64,000 bases of DNA, from positions 1 to 64,000 of the forward strand of contig JAFGGO010000074.1 of the NCBI GenBank assembly GCA_016930515.1, given 5' to 3'. Both the position numbers and the translations under genes were made by a program. Source of the stretch: Promethearchaeota archaeon (lineage in GTDB: Archaea; Asgardarchaeota; Lokiarchaeia; Sigyniarchaeales; SOKP01). The notes under the pieces are model-generated. The model did not search any database, was not told where the DNA came from, and saw only the letters and a program-made list of their open reading frames with translations. Shown here piece by piece: positions 51,756-61,411 of the stretch (positions are counted from its first letter, which is position 1; the number at the start of each line of letters is the position of its first letter).

Positions 51756-52586
51756 TTAGTCTTCTTTAACGAGGTATTGCCATAAATCAAGGTCTTTACG
51801 CAATTTTTTGCCTTTTTCCATTGCTTTCTTGGTTAACATCTTGATTTCCTCAATCGAGAAAGTTGCCGCACCGCTTTTTTGAATCGAAGTTACTTTATTT
51901 TCGCTCACTGAAATAGTTATTCGTCCATCGCTAATGAGCTCTTCGGACAAATTAGGATCCAAGAAAATTGTATCGTCGATTTTTGCAAATGTAATAGCAA
52001 AGGGTAATTCGTTTACAATGTCTTTTCCGTTCATATATTTTCCTGTCCATTTTAATCCTTCTTCAGTAATCTCTCCTTCGGGAATGTGAGCGCTAATTAA
52101 GCTTGCTAGAGCACCTACACCACCACAATCTATGAGATTGCCTCCGTAATTCATAACATACATATCAACAAACAAGATATATACGGCTTCTTTTTCTTTA
52201 ATACAGAGCTTTTTCTTGGTTTGAACGCAATCTGCGTGTCGTATTCCTCTATCGACAACCCTAGCAAGTTCAATTGATTGTTCATTAGGTGGACCTCTTT
52301 CAAAGAGAGGTGACGCAATGGGTAATAACTCGGCCATAACCGTACAAACGCCTTCGTTAGGAGTATCTGGAAAAGGAGCACCTACTTCGTATTTTAATCC
52401 TGAAATTATCCTTGATTCACCTAAAGAAACATCTGAAGATCCTTCCGCAGATTTTATAAGATCTGCCTTGACTGAAAAGTCTCTATAATCCCATAAATCT
52501 CTTCCGTCAATTCTTTTATCCTTTCTTAAATTATCCGAAATATATTTACGCTCAATTGCGGAAATGACTCTTTTAACATTCTCCAT
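51756..52586 (-). CDS. rrp42: Exosome subunit Rrp42
   Basis: RIDGR, AEGS, PFPDTPNEG, ELARVVDRGIR. Confidence 0.95.
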   Translation of the reverse strand: MENVKRVISAIERKYISDNLRKDKRIDGRDLWDYRDFSVKADLIKSAEGSSDVSLGESRIISGLKYEVGAPFPDTPNEGVCTVMAELLPIASPLFERGPPNEQSIELARVVDRGIRHADCVQTKKKLCIKEKEAVYILFVDMYVMNYGGNLIDCGGVGALASLISAHIPEGEITEEGLKWTGKYMNGKDIVNELPFAITFAKIDDTIFLDPNLSEELISDGRITISVSENKVTSIQKSGAATFSIEEIKMLTKKAMEKGKKLRKDLDLWQYLVKED

Positions 52587-52587
52587 A

Positions 52588-53370
52588 TTATTCTTCTCCT
52601 CCGTTTTCGTTTGACTCTGGTTGAGCGGTCCCTTCTTGGATATCTAAATATTTTTTCTTCAAGGCGGTGACTTGCATGTCGTAAATCTTTTTAAGAGCTT
52701 CAGTTGCAAGATCCAAGGATGAATCGATTTCCTCCAATGTCATGTCTCCATCGAATTGCAACAAAGAAAGTTCGTTGTTAAACCACGTCATTGCACAAGG
52801 TAAATCGGCTTCACCCGCTTTGTCTTCTATTCCTGACAAATCAACGACCAACTCTCCATCAATCTTTCCGCAAGCTACACTGGTCACCAAGCTTTTCATA
52901 GGAACGCCTGCATCGGCTAGAGCAAGCGCTGCTACCGTGGTGCTAGCGCATCTGGTACCACCATCTGCGTCAATAACTTCAATAAAAACTTCAAAACTCG
53001 TTCCGGGATATAATTCGAGGAATAATACGGGTTCTAAACAATCAGAGATTATCATTGATATCTCCTTTTCCCGGCGACCAGGAGCTGGTCTTTTTCGCTC
53101 AAACACCGAAAAGGTAGTCATTCGATAGAACACCCGCAATATTCCCTTATCAGGTCTTGCTAGATGGTGGGGATGCACATCTCTTGGGCCATATACAGCA
53201 GCAAAAATTTTATTATTCCCCCATTCTAAGTATGCAGAACCGTCAGCATTTTTAACAACGCCAACTTCCATTTTAATTGGCCTTAGTTCGGTTTTATCTC
53301 TACCGTCGAGTCTTTTTCCATCTTCCCGAAATAACTTTTTCGGGTATTCATCATTAATTACTAATGGCAT
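52588..53370 (-). CDS. rrp41: Exosome subunit Rrp41
   Basis: RLDGR, ADGSAY, VYGPR, RREKEIS, ADGGTRCAS. Confidence 0.95.
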   Translation of the reverse strand: MPLVINDEYPKKLFREDGKRLDGRDKTELRPIKMEVGVVKNADGSAYLEWGNNKIFAAVYGPRDVHPHHLARPDKGILRVFYRMTTFSVFERKRPAPGRREKEISMIISDCLEPVLFLELYPGTSFEVFIEVIDADGGTRCASTTVAALALADAGVPMKSLVTSVACGKIDGELVVDLSGIEDKAGEADLPCAMTWFNNELSLLQFDGDMTLEEIDSSLDLATEALKKIYDMQVTALKKKYLDIQEGTAQPESNENGGEE

Positions 53371-54168
53371 TTAGTTCAAACCTCTGTTTTCTTTTTCATT
53401 TTTTAAATATTCTTGAATTCTATCAGTTAATCCAACCGTGTGTGCTTCCGTTGCAATTTTATTTATGGCTTCAATGAGTAATTGCTCAGATTCGAGATTC
53501 TCTCCTTTAATCCATATTCGTCCATTTTGCGTTACGAAGATGTTGCAATTTGTCATATTTTTAAGCATTTTAATCATAGATCCGCTCCTACCGATTACCC
53601 GAGGGATGGAGTTTGGTCCGATTGATATCACCGAACCCCCCATTTTTTGTCCTAAATATTTTCCTACGGTGGTTAATTCTGGACTATTTAAGCGATCAGC
53701 CGAAAGAACTTTTACTATCAAAACATCTCCAATATCATATTTTTCTGTTGAATCTTCGTCTCGTGGGTGATGACCTCCTCCCCTATCTCCCGATCTTCCA
53801 AACCTTCCCTTTTCTTTTTTTATAGTATTCTTGGGTTTGAGATGACCGAGATCTTTTGCGTTTATGTCTATTTTATATTTAACGGGATTTTTTTCAACAA
53901 CAATACCTAAAACTTTATCACCAGGGCGAGGCGTATAAAACCCTCTAAGTGGGATGACATTTACATAGTTTTTCCTTATTTGTTTTAAGCCAATAGATAA
54001 AGATACAATTTTTGTCTTGTCTTTGTTAAAAATAGCACTTCTTCCAGGTAAAAAATTTTCTATGTCATCAGTTAATACTTCACCAGGTACGACGATTTCT
54101 CTCGTACTCGTATCTCCTTCTTCGTCGAAATCGTCTTCGCCGTTCATATCAGGCTCTTCATCTTCCAT
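53371..54168 (-). CDS. rrp4: Exosome RNA-binding subunit Rrp4
   Basis: VVPGE, YTPRPGD S1 domain, KH domain PRVIGRSGSM, QNGRIW, EAHTVGLTDRI. Confidence 0.93.
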   Translation of the reverse strand: MEDEEPDMNGEDDFDEEGDTSTREIVVPGEVLTDDIENFLPGRSAIFNKDKTKIVSLSIGLKQIRKNYVNVIPLRGFYTPRPGDKVLGIVVEKNPVKYKIDINAKDLGHLKPKNTIKKEKGRFGRSGDRGGGHHPRDEDSTEKYDIGDVLIVKVLSADRLNSPELTTVGKYLGQKMGGSVISIGPNSIPRVIGRSGSMIKMLKNMTNCNIFVTQNGRIWIKGENLESEQLLIEAINKIATEAHTVGLTDRIQEYLKNEKENRGLN

Positions 54169-54234
54169 CTAAATCACACTCTTTAATTCGTTTTTATTCA
54201 ATATAACATACGAAATCAATTAAAAAGACAATGC

Positions 54235-55020
54235 TTACGATTTCAAGAGTTTGATTTGTACTCTACCATGAGTAAGCTTGTTTAATTTATCAATTAACTC
54301 CATTTGTAAACCAGCGGGTAAACTCACGACTGAAACCCAAGAGCCGTCTGTTTGCCATTCTTCTTTTTTAATTTGAGCGTATTGAGCAACAATATTATAT
54401 CCTTTTGCCGTAAACGACGAGGGTAGCTTTATCGCGATGGTTGCTTGTTCCATACGAATTGGTAAGACGACTTGAAGTTGTTTGATGATGTCTTCTACTT
54501 GTTCTTCGGCGTTTTTCATAATGTCTATCTTGATGTTTGCTTCCTCGATTGCTTTTTCTATCCTCTGAGTTGGATGAGGTTTTTTGTTTTGTGGATTAAT
54601 GGAATTCTTGCTAATAATATTTATAATCTGCTTTAATTTTTTTTCTCTTTCTTCTTCTCTCTGCTTTTGGGTCCAATGAATCTCACCCTCAAGTAGTACA
54701 TGACCACTAACAATTCTTCCGTCCGTAGTGTCGAATACAGCCTCCATATCTCCGTCCGTGGCCTTTCGACCTCTTTTTAAATCCTCAAAAACCGTAAAAC
54801 TTTCAAAAATTAATTCTAAATCTATCTTGGGATCGTTTATAATATCGTTTACTAAAGGTCGGGATTTTCCAGCTTTTAGCCTATTGTTGATTTCTTCTCG
54901 TAAATATTTCTTCGCATCCCATGCTTTTTCGGGGTCCATAAGCATTTCAAACGACCTGCCACCCTTGTCGATGCGACCAATAATGTATCCTCCCAAGTCA
55001 ATTCTTGCTCTATCAATCAC
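54235..55020 (-). CDS. Ribosome maturation factor SBDS/Sdo1
   Basis: FEML, INPQNKKPHP..RIEKAIEE, EEWQTDGSW; GTG 55020 chosen as likely start. Confidence 0.92.
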   Translation of the reverse strand: MIDRARIDLGGYIIGRIDKGGRSFEMLMDPEKAWDAKKYLREEINNRLKAGKSRPLVNDIINDPKIDLELIFESFTVFEDLKRGRKATDGDMEAVFDTTDGRIVSGHVLLEGEIHWTQKQREEEREKKLKQIINIISKNSINPQNKKPHPTQRIEKAIEEANIKIDIMKNAEEQVEDIIKQLQVVLPIRMEQATIAIKLPSSFTAKGYNIVAQYAQIKKEEWQTDGSWVSVVSLPAGLQMELIDKLNKLTHGRVQIKLLKS

Positions 55021-55140
55021 GATATCTTCACAGCGTTTAGTTGAACTAATTTTTTCGTCATATACAAATGTTTTACTCGTAGTTACCAAAGATAAAAAAT
55101 GAAATTGTTACCTTGATGTTTACAACAAATTTTAATTATT

Positions 55141-55860
55141 TTACAGCTTGTTTAGCAATTCTTCTTTCTCTTCTACACTCAATAATTTAAACTTTCTATC
55201 TTTTTCCAGGATGAACGCAACATCACACGTGTTTTTATTTAAATTATCACCCATGATCTCCTTCAGTGTTTTTAAGGGTAATAACTTGAGTTCATCCTCA
55301 CTCATATCTTCCTTGTAGTTCTTCTCAAGAAAGGTTCTTGCTTCAGTTGCTCCAGATCCGATCGCAAAAGCGAAATACGACCATAGCGCCCCCGAAGGAT
55401 CTGTCAAGAAAAGCGAAGGTTTCCCGTCTGCATCTATTCCAGCAATTAAAAAACTCACACCAAAAGGCCTTACTCCTGCGTTTTGCGTGAAAGCTTGTTT
55501 GTATTCACAAATATTTAGCGTGCTATCTTTCACGCTAATTTTTTCATCGTAACTCAATAAATTTACTTGGGCTTGAATTCTTGCTCTATCAATGAGTACT
55601 CTCGCATCTGCGGTTAAGCCAGCGATTGCCACACCAATGTGATCGTCAATCTTGAAAATCTTTTCGGAACTATCCGTGTCTGCTTGAAGTTCAGACGACC
55701 TTTTTTCAACAGCAAAAACAACAGTTTTTTTATTCTTACATACTATTGCTGTTGTTCCTCTTCTTACAGCCTCAATGGCGTACTCTACTTGAAATAACCT
55801 CCCTTCTGGAGAAAATTGAGTAATAGCCATGTCGTAGCCTCTTCCCGCTTGCTGGAACAT
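55141..55860 (-). CDS. psmA: Proteasome alpha subunit
   Basis: YDMAITQFSPEGRLFQVEYA, GLTADAR, RPFGVS, TDPSG. Confidence 0.97.
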   Translation of the reverse strand: MFQQAGRGYDMAITQFSPEGRLFQVEYAIEAVRRGTTAIVCKNKKTVVFAVEKRSSELQADTDSSEKIFKIDDHIGVAIAGLTADARVLIDRARIQAQVNLLSYDEKISVKDSTLNICEYKQAFTQNAGVRPFGVSFLIAGIDADGKPSLFLTDPSGALWSYFAFAIGSGATEARTFLEKNYKEDMSEDELKLLPLKTLKEIMGDNLNKNTCDVAFILEKDRKFKLLSVEEKEELLNKL

Positions 55861-56060
55861 AATTTACATGACACCTGATTTTTTTTAATCGATTTGTATG
55901 TTTTTGTTTTTTTTTACTATTTTAATACTAATTAATTAATGTTAAAATAAATATTTTTTTTAAGCTATATTCGAATATCATAAATTCTTTTTTCAAAAAA
56001 AAAATAATAAAGAAAAATAACTCCTCTATTGATTGTAAATCTAAAGCAATGGGAGCAATT

Positions 56061-57086
56061 CTAATCTTTATTCGGAGGTTTTTCTTTTAATTTTGATTCG
56101 AGATCTTTAATTTTCTTTGCTTGTTCTTCGATCTTTTCTTCCTTCTTTTTTTCTTTAATTCCAGATATGGAAATATTTTTCAGATTCAGCAGTTTTTTAA
56201 TAAATATCCAAGAAGCAATTAGAATTCCCACGAGGTAAAAGATGTTTATCGTCCACATGTAATCATTAATCTCCTGATAAATCACGAAATTTACAAAAGG
56301 TAGTACGCAAGCAATAATTCCAACAACTATCATGGATATAAGCATTGCAACCCGTTCGTATTTTTTTTCCTCCATTCTGAAAAAAATATACACTCTTAAC
56401 CAATACATCACATAAATAAAGGTCATAGGCGTAAAAATGAAAGTTCCTAACGAAAATACTAGTAACGCGTTAATAGCAAACTTATTTCGCCACAAATTTA
56501 AAAATTCCTTTGTTGTTTTTTGGTCTTGAACCATGACTTTTGCGTGTTCGTCTCTTGCTTGAAATACTTTCTTTTTAACATTTCTCCCGAATTGTTTTAA
56601 TCCTTTTTTTGCCCACTGGGTTTTACCAATTTCAGCAGCTTCTCGAAACTTGCCCTTCGCTATAGGCCAGATATATAAATTTATCAGTAAGGATACAATA
56701 CCATATAAATAAATGATGTTGTTAATAAGAACATACACCCACGACCATTGGCTTGAGTTTCCAAAAGAAGCGCTCTTTCCTATAGCACTCGATATAATGT
56801 TATATAAAGCATAAATAATTAAGATGAATGGTACGATAATCTGAAATATTAAAATTGCTTTTGTACCTTTTTTACCAATTTTTTCCTTGCCTTTATTTAG
56901 GAGGAATAAAAAAGCTCCTGCGATTCCTAAGATCAATCCAAAGCCCGATAGAAACTTCAAAATCCAAAAAAAGATCAAGAACGAGAATGCCGTGATTCTT
57001 ATCCAGAAAATTATGATTAAGAACATTAGAATTGTTGTGACTAACAATCCAACTAGATAAATTATGTTAAATTTTTTAGAATCCAT
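56061..57086 (-). CDS. Hypothetical multi-pass membrane protein
   Basis: About 7 TM segments, Lys-rich loop and coiled tail. Confidence 0.7.
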   Translation of the reverse strand: MDSKKFNIIYLVGLLVTTILMFLIIIFWIRITAFSFLIFFWILKFLSGFGLILGIAGAFLFLLNKGKEKIGKKGTKAILIFQIIVPFILIIYALYNIISSAIGKSASFGNSSQWSWVYVLINNIIYLYGIVSLLINLYIWPIAKGKFREAAEIGKTQWAKKGLKQFGRNVKKKVFQARDEHAKVMVQDQKTTKEFLNLWRNKFAINALLVFSLGTFIFTPMTFIYVMYWLRVYIFFRMEEKKYERVAMLISMIVVGIIACVLPFVNFVIYQEINDYMWTINIFYLVGILIASWIFIKKLLNLKNISISGIKEKKKEEKIEEQAKKIKDLESKLKEKPPNKD

Positions 57087-57133
57087 TAGTAATAAGATTA
57101 TTCAAGGAAATATAAATAAATTCCTTTTATTTC

Positions 57134-57517
57134 TTAACCCCACGCTAATTTGTTGATCAAAATGGACCATTCAAGGAGTATGATTTCTGTTTCTTGTCCG
57201 ATGTGAGCTATGAGATAATCACCCTCGTTGGTGATGGATCCTACCACGCTCCCCATTCCGTCTGAAGTGTTTTTTGCTGCAAGTTGTATCTCTTCTTTTT
57301 TAACCATCGCGTATCTATAACCATTGTAAGCAATTGCGCTTTCCTTATTTTTCCAAGAACTTAGAAGATTTCTTGCTTCTTCAGCAGATAAAGTGTCTTC
57401 CCCGTGACGATAAAGAATCTCACCCGTCTCGTCGAGTAAGATCACCTCTAATATTCCCTTGTATACATTTAGATCGTCTACGATGCGGCTAAACTTTTCT
57501 TGTTCCATCACGCTCAA
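57134..57517 (-). CDS. Profilin-like protein
   Basis: ILLDETGEIL...IAYNGYRYAMVK...AKN..GMGSVVG pattern resembling Asgard profilins; paralog of the next gene. Confidence 0.7.
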   Translation of the reverse strand: MSVMEQEKFSRIVDDLNVYKGILEVILLDETGEILYRHGEDTLSAEEARNLLSSWKNKESAIAYNGYRYAMVKKEEIQLAAKNTSDGMGSVVGSITNEGDYLIAHIGQETEIILLEWSILINKLAWG

Positions 57518-57556
57518 CTTTGGTTCTTAATCATATACATTTTAAATTTAATATCC

Positions 57557-57925
57557 TCATTTCCAAGCGACCTTGTTGATGAGTACTGACCATTCCAAGA
57601 TCATGCCCTCGTCTTTGGTATGAGCCACAATGTAATCTCCGTCCTTGGTAATCGATCCTACGAGATTTCCTTTTCCTTGTGCAATGTTCTTTCCTGCCAG
57701 CTGAATTTCGTCGTTTTTTAGGATTGCGAACCTGCTTCCTTGAAACATCAAAGCTTTTTCCTTTTCTGTCCATGTTTTAATTATGCCCTTCGCTTCTTCT
57801 TCGGATAGCTGAAAATCTCCCGATTTATACTTGATGTTTCCTGATTTATCCAGAAGAAAAACCTCTTCAACAGCTTGGTTTTCTTTTAGTTCAGATAGCA
57901 CTTCTTTAAACTTATTTTCGTCCAT
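57557..57925 (-). CDS. Profilin-like protein
   Basis: FLLDKSGNI...LMFQGSRFAILKNDE...GKNIAQGKGNLVG pattern resembling Asgard profilins. Confidence 0.72.
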   Translation of the reverse strand: MDENKFKEVLSELKENQAVEEVFLLDKSGNIKYKSGDFQLSEEEAKGIIKTWTEKEKALMFQGSRFAILKNDEIQLAGKNIAQGKGNLVGSITKDGDYIVAHTKDEGMILEWSVLINKVAWK

Positions 57926-58071
57926 TTCAATCGTTAAGTTTTTTAAATTCTCTTTTATTCGTGAAGACAATCTTATCATTTAAATGTTTTTTTAACCAAA
58001 CACAGTAGGAAAAATTTTTTACGCTCCAAACATTTAATTTTTCAAGTGCTTCTTTTTTATGGTTTATTTAT

Positions 58072-58860
58072 ATGGTTAAAAAATTAGTTTTATTCGATAA
58101 AATTCACAACATCACCTCGGAACGGGCAAAACGAGAAACATTCTCAAGATATTTGAAATACATTAACGAATTCACGAAAGGATTTGATAGAACGAAAGTA
58201 TCCCTGAAGAAATTGCGAGAATTCGACAAGCGATACGCCGTTGAAATACTAGGACCGGAAGAAATATTTCTCTCAAATATCTTGAAGAAAGAAATAGGAA
58301 CCATAACCGAGTTCAAGGAAGTCAAGGTTGGCACGGAATTCAAGGGAACGATGGTCGATGTTGGTAAGGTCGGATTTGGTATTTTTGTGGATTGTGCAAT
58401 CCTTAACCCGAAAGTTGATGTTCTACTACCTTTGGTCACCTTAAGGGAACAATTATGCAACGATAGGGATATCTCGACTCGCGATATCATTAAAACATAT
58501 GAATTCATCGAAAATTACCCTGTATACATTAAAGTTGTTAAAATCGATGTAGATAAGCAGACGATTCAAGGTGAATTATCGAAAAGAACGCTTGATATCT
58601 TTCACAAGATCGTGTCCGAAAACATTGAAGGAATTATTGCGAGCGGTACCACAAAAAACCAATTAAAAAAAGCGCTCGTGAATTCCGGACACCTACGAGA
58701 TATCGTATCGACAGAGAGGTTTTCTTTTTTAGAACACTTGGTCTTATTGAAAGATAACACGGACGCCCCTGGAATCATCGTAAGTATAGGAAAAAACTTG
58801 AAACGCTGCAAATTAAGCGCCTTAAGAGCAAAGAAAATAAGTAAACTCTTAGCTATTTAA
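58072..58860 (+). CDS. DUF2110-family protein
   Basis: G.MVDVGKVGFGIFVD, GHLRDIV..ER, TDAPGII..IG. Confidence 0.8.
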   Translation: MVKKLVLFDKIHNITSERAKRETFSRYLKYINEFTKGFDRTKVSLKKLREFDKRYAVEILGPEEIFLSNILKKEIGTITEFKEVKVGTEFKGTMVDVGKVGFGIFVDCAILNPKVDVLLPLVTLREQLCNDRDISTRDIIKTYEFIENYPVYIKVVKIDVDKQTIQGELSKRTLDIFHKIVSENIEGIIASGTTKNQLKKALVNSGHLRDIVSTERFSFLEHLVLLKDNTDAPGIIVSIGKNLKRCKLSALRAKKISKLLAI

Positions 58861-58971
58861 TTCTTAATTTATTCTTGGGATAATCTATTTAGAGGATGAT
58901 TAATACTCCAGAAAATATTACAGATCAATAAAATCTAATAAATTTCTCCAGATATCTCTTAAATTCTTCTA

Positions 58972-60465
58972 CTATTTTTTAACTATATTAAAATAATTTA
59001 GAAAAAAATCTGGTATCGAAATTTTATCTTTCTTCAATTTTTCAAGAATTAAATTTATATCTACTAAATTATTTTTAATTGTTTTTGTAAAATCGTCAGT
59101 ATCAGTGAATTTAGTGAAAATATCAATCATGTCCAATTTCAGTTTATCGATTTTGGCAATATCTTTTTCGTATAAATTTATCTCTCGCTTATATTTCTTG
59201 ATATATTCGTATAAGTTTTCACAAAAAGATTCAAAATTGTTAGAACTGAACTCAATCCCTTTTTTATTTCCCAAATCAAAATAACCCAGATTTTCATCAG
59301 TTAAATCAATTTGATTCAAATCTGTCCAGGTTAAATCTAATCCTTTAATTGGAATTATTTCAATATCGTTAGATATTGCCAAAGCAATTTCATGCTGGCA
59401 GGCACTAGATTTTATTGAATTATTAGTCCCAATAAATATTAATAACTGACTCCTGGGTACTTTTTCGTCCATAAACTCTTGAATATCCCCAATAAGGTCT
59501 TCTTCACAGACAAATACTTCGTAAATTTCTTCACGATTTTCTAAATAAACGCTAAGATCTATAATGCGATATAATTCTTGATCGTCCCAAGCATGACTGA
59601 TAAATACGGTAATATTTGCTTTTTTTCTACAATATTCTAAGATAGCGCTCTGATCTCGTTCTAAGATATCAATTGAATCATTATCTAATGGATTTCCATT
59701 TAGGTATATTTCTTTAAGATTCTTTAGTGGCCAAATAATACCTGGAATTGATTTGAAATTATTTTTTCTTAAATCAAGAGTATTAAGTGAAATTAAATGC
59801 TTAAAGGATTCAGGAAGTGTAAATAATTTATTTCTTTGAAGTTTGAGAACATGTAGCGATTCTAAATTTCCAATCGATTCTGGAAGGATTTCCAATTCAT
59901 TTAAATCTAAATTTAACTCTTTAAGGTGCTTTAGAGATCCAATTGATTCCGGGAGAATTGATAAATTATTTTGAAACAAATTTAATTCTTCTAACGACTC
60001 AAGTTGTCCAATTTTTTCAGGTAATCTTTCTAAATTATTTTTAAAAATATCCAATTTCTTCAGTGATTTAAGATCACTAAAGGATTCGGGAAGTTTGTTT
60101 AGTAAATTATTGCTAATTTGAAGTATTTGAAGTGATGATAAATCTCCGAACGATATAGGCAATTTTTTTAACAGATTTTTATGAAGAAAAATTTTTTTTA
60201 ATGATTTAAGGGTACAGATTGTGTCTGGTAGCAATGTCAATTCATTATTAGATAATACAATCGTTCTTAACGATGTTAAATTTCTAATAGTATCTGGAAG
60301 CACTTTTAAATTGTAGTTATAGAGACCTAAACCTACGATGTTATTATCTTCAATTTTAACTCCAAACGCCGTATCGTGAATCTTTTTTATTCTAGGGAAC
60401 TTCCTTCCAATTTGTTTTTCTAATCCCTCTAAAAATTCTTGCTGATCTTTTTCTAAATATCTCAT
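58972..60465 (-). CDS. Leucine-rich repeat protein with C-terminal TIR domain
   Basis: Nine 23-aa LRRs, then VFISHAWDD...SSACQHEIALA...IIPI. Confidence 0.87.
   Translation of the reverse strand: MRYLEKDQQEFLEGLEKQIGRKFPRIKKIHDTAFGVKIEDNNIVGLGLYNYNLKVLPDTIRNLTSLRTIVLSNNELTLLPDTICTLKSLKKIFLHKNLLKKLPISFGDLSSLQILQISNNLLNKLPESFSDLKSLKKLDIFKNNLERLPEKIGQLESLEELNLFQNNLSILPESIGSLKHLKELNLDLNELEILPESIGNLESLHVLKLQRNKLFTLPESFKHLISLNTLDLRKNNFKSIPGIIWPLKNLKEIYLNGNPLDNDSIDILERDQSAILEYCRKKANITVFISHAWDDQELYRIIDLSVYLENREEIYEVFVCEEDLIGDIQEFMDEKVPRSQLLIFIGTNNSIKSSACQHEIALAISNDIEIIPIKGLDLTWTDLNQIDLTDENLGYFDLGNKKGIEFSSNNFESFCENLYEYIKKYKREINLYEKDIAKIDKLKLDMIDIFTKFTDTDDFTKTIKNNLVDINLILEKLKKDKISIPDFFLNYFNIVKK
59689..60309 (-). 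repeat. Nine tandem 69-nt LRR-coding units
   Basis: LxxLPxxIxxLxxLxxLxLxxNx consensus repeated nine times. Confidence 0.88.
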
Positions 60466-60486
60466 GATTTCTATAATAATGTGTAA

Positions 60487-61080
60487 TTAAATGTTTTTTT
60501 TGCTTAAAAATGACGCACCGATCATGTGTGCAATTCTTATACATTCGGGACTGTTAGAACGCTGGCTCGTTTTAATAAAGATTTGTTTAATTATATCTGC
60601 TGTTAAATCTCCAACGGAATAATGAAAAAACAAGGGTTTACTATTGGATTTAATCGTTACTTGCTCAATTCTAACTCGAGTAAATACGTCCCATCTTGTC
60701 TCCCAATCTTCAAAATGTTTTTGTAATGCTATTTTTATGGAATCAAAATTAGGATTAGTATCAATGACACTAATTGTCGGTAAATCCGTTAATTTTGCCA
60801 GTTCGTCAATATCAACAATATTAAATCCACCAAATGTAATGCCATTGAGCATTATCACGCGTATTTGACCGTAATGTTTACTTGTTCTAATCATTTCGGC
60901 TAACTTTTCAGTAGCGTCCGTGCCATCTATTTCGATTTTTACTTGCTCTATTCCTTCAATGTTTTGATTTCCCCTAGTAATTACACCAAATACCCTAGTT
61001 TTTCCTTTTGTATGAGGGATGAACGGGGCGTCATCAATACCTATAGCTCTAATTTCATCCTTTATTTTGGTTAATTTCAT
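60487..61080 (-). CDS. DUF99-family protein (endonuclease V-like fold)
   Basis: IGIDDAPF, DGTDAT, GITFGGFNIVD, PE.IRIAH.I. Confidence 0.88.
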   Translation of the reverse strand: MKLTKIKDEIRAIGIDDAPFIPHTKGKTRVFGVITRGNQNIEGIEQVKIEIDGTDATEKLAEMIRTSKHYGQIRVIMLNGITFGGFNIVDIDELAKLTDLPTISVIDTNPNFDSIKIALQKHFEDWETRWDVFTRVRIEQVTIKSNSKPLFFHYSVGDLTADIIKQIFIKTSQRSNSPECIRIAHMIGASFLSKKNI

Positions 61081-61273
61081 ATAAAGCCTGCGTTTTTTGA
61101 TGAGTGTTTTAATTTTAATAATTATTGTAATTACAATCAATCATCATTATAAAATTCAACTAAAACTATTAATCATTAATTATTTCCTTTATATGAAATT
61201 AACCAAATTAAATAAAACTTAATATACTTTTGAAAGCAGTTCAAAAGGGAATAAACTATAAAAATATGGTTAG

Positions 61274-61300
61274 TGAGCCCAGGGAGGGTCGAACTCCCGA
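61274..61300 (-). mobile_element. tRNA 3'-end fragment, probable att boundary of an integrated element extending rightwards
   Basis: Reverse complement TC-GGGAG-TTCGACC-CTCCC-TGGGCTC-A = T arm, acceptor 3' strand and discriminator, with no 5' half nearby. Confidence 0.7.
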
Positions 61301-61411
61301 AGGATAGGACTATCTTTATTTGAAAAAAAAAAGAGACATTTAAGTTAATTTTATCACATCCTTTACTACTGATAGTTTTTTGTGTGTTTTTATTTTACCA
61401 ATTCATAATGT

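Noticed and set aside
53755-53815. GC-rich Arg/Gly insertion in rrp4 as an intron
   Set aside because: In frame, purine-biased, no BHB pairing found
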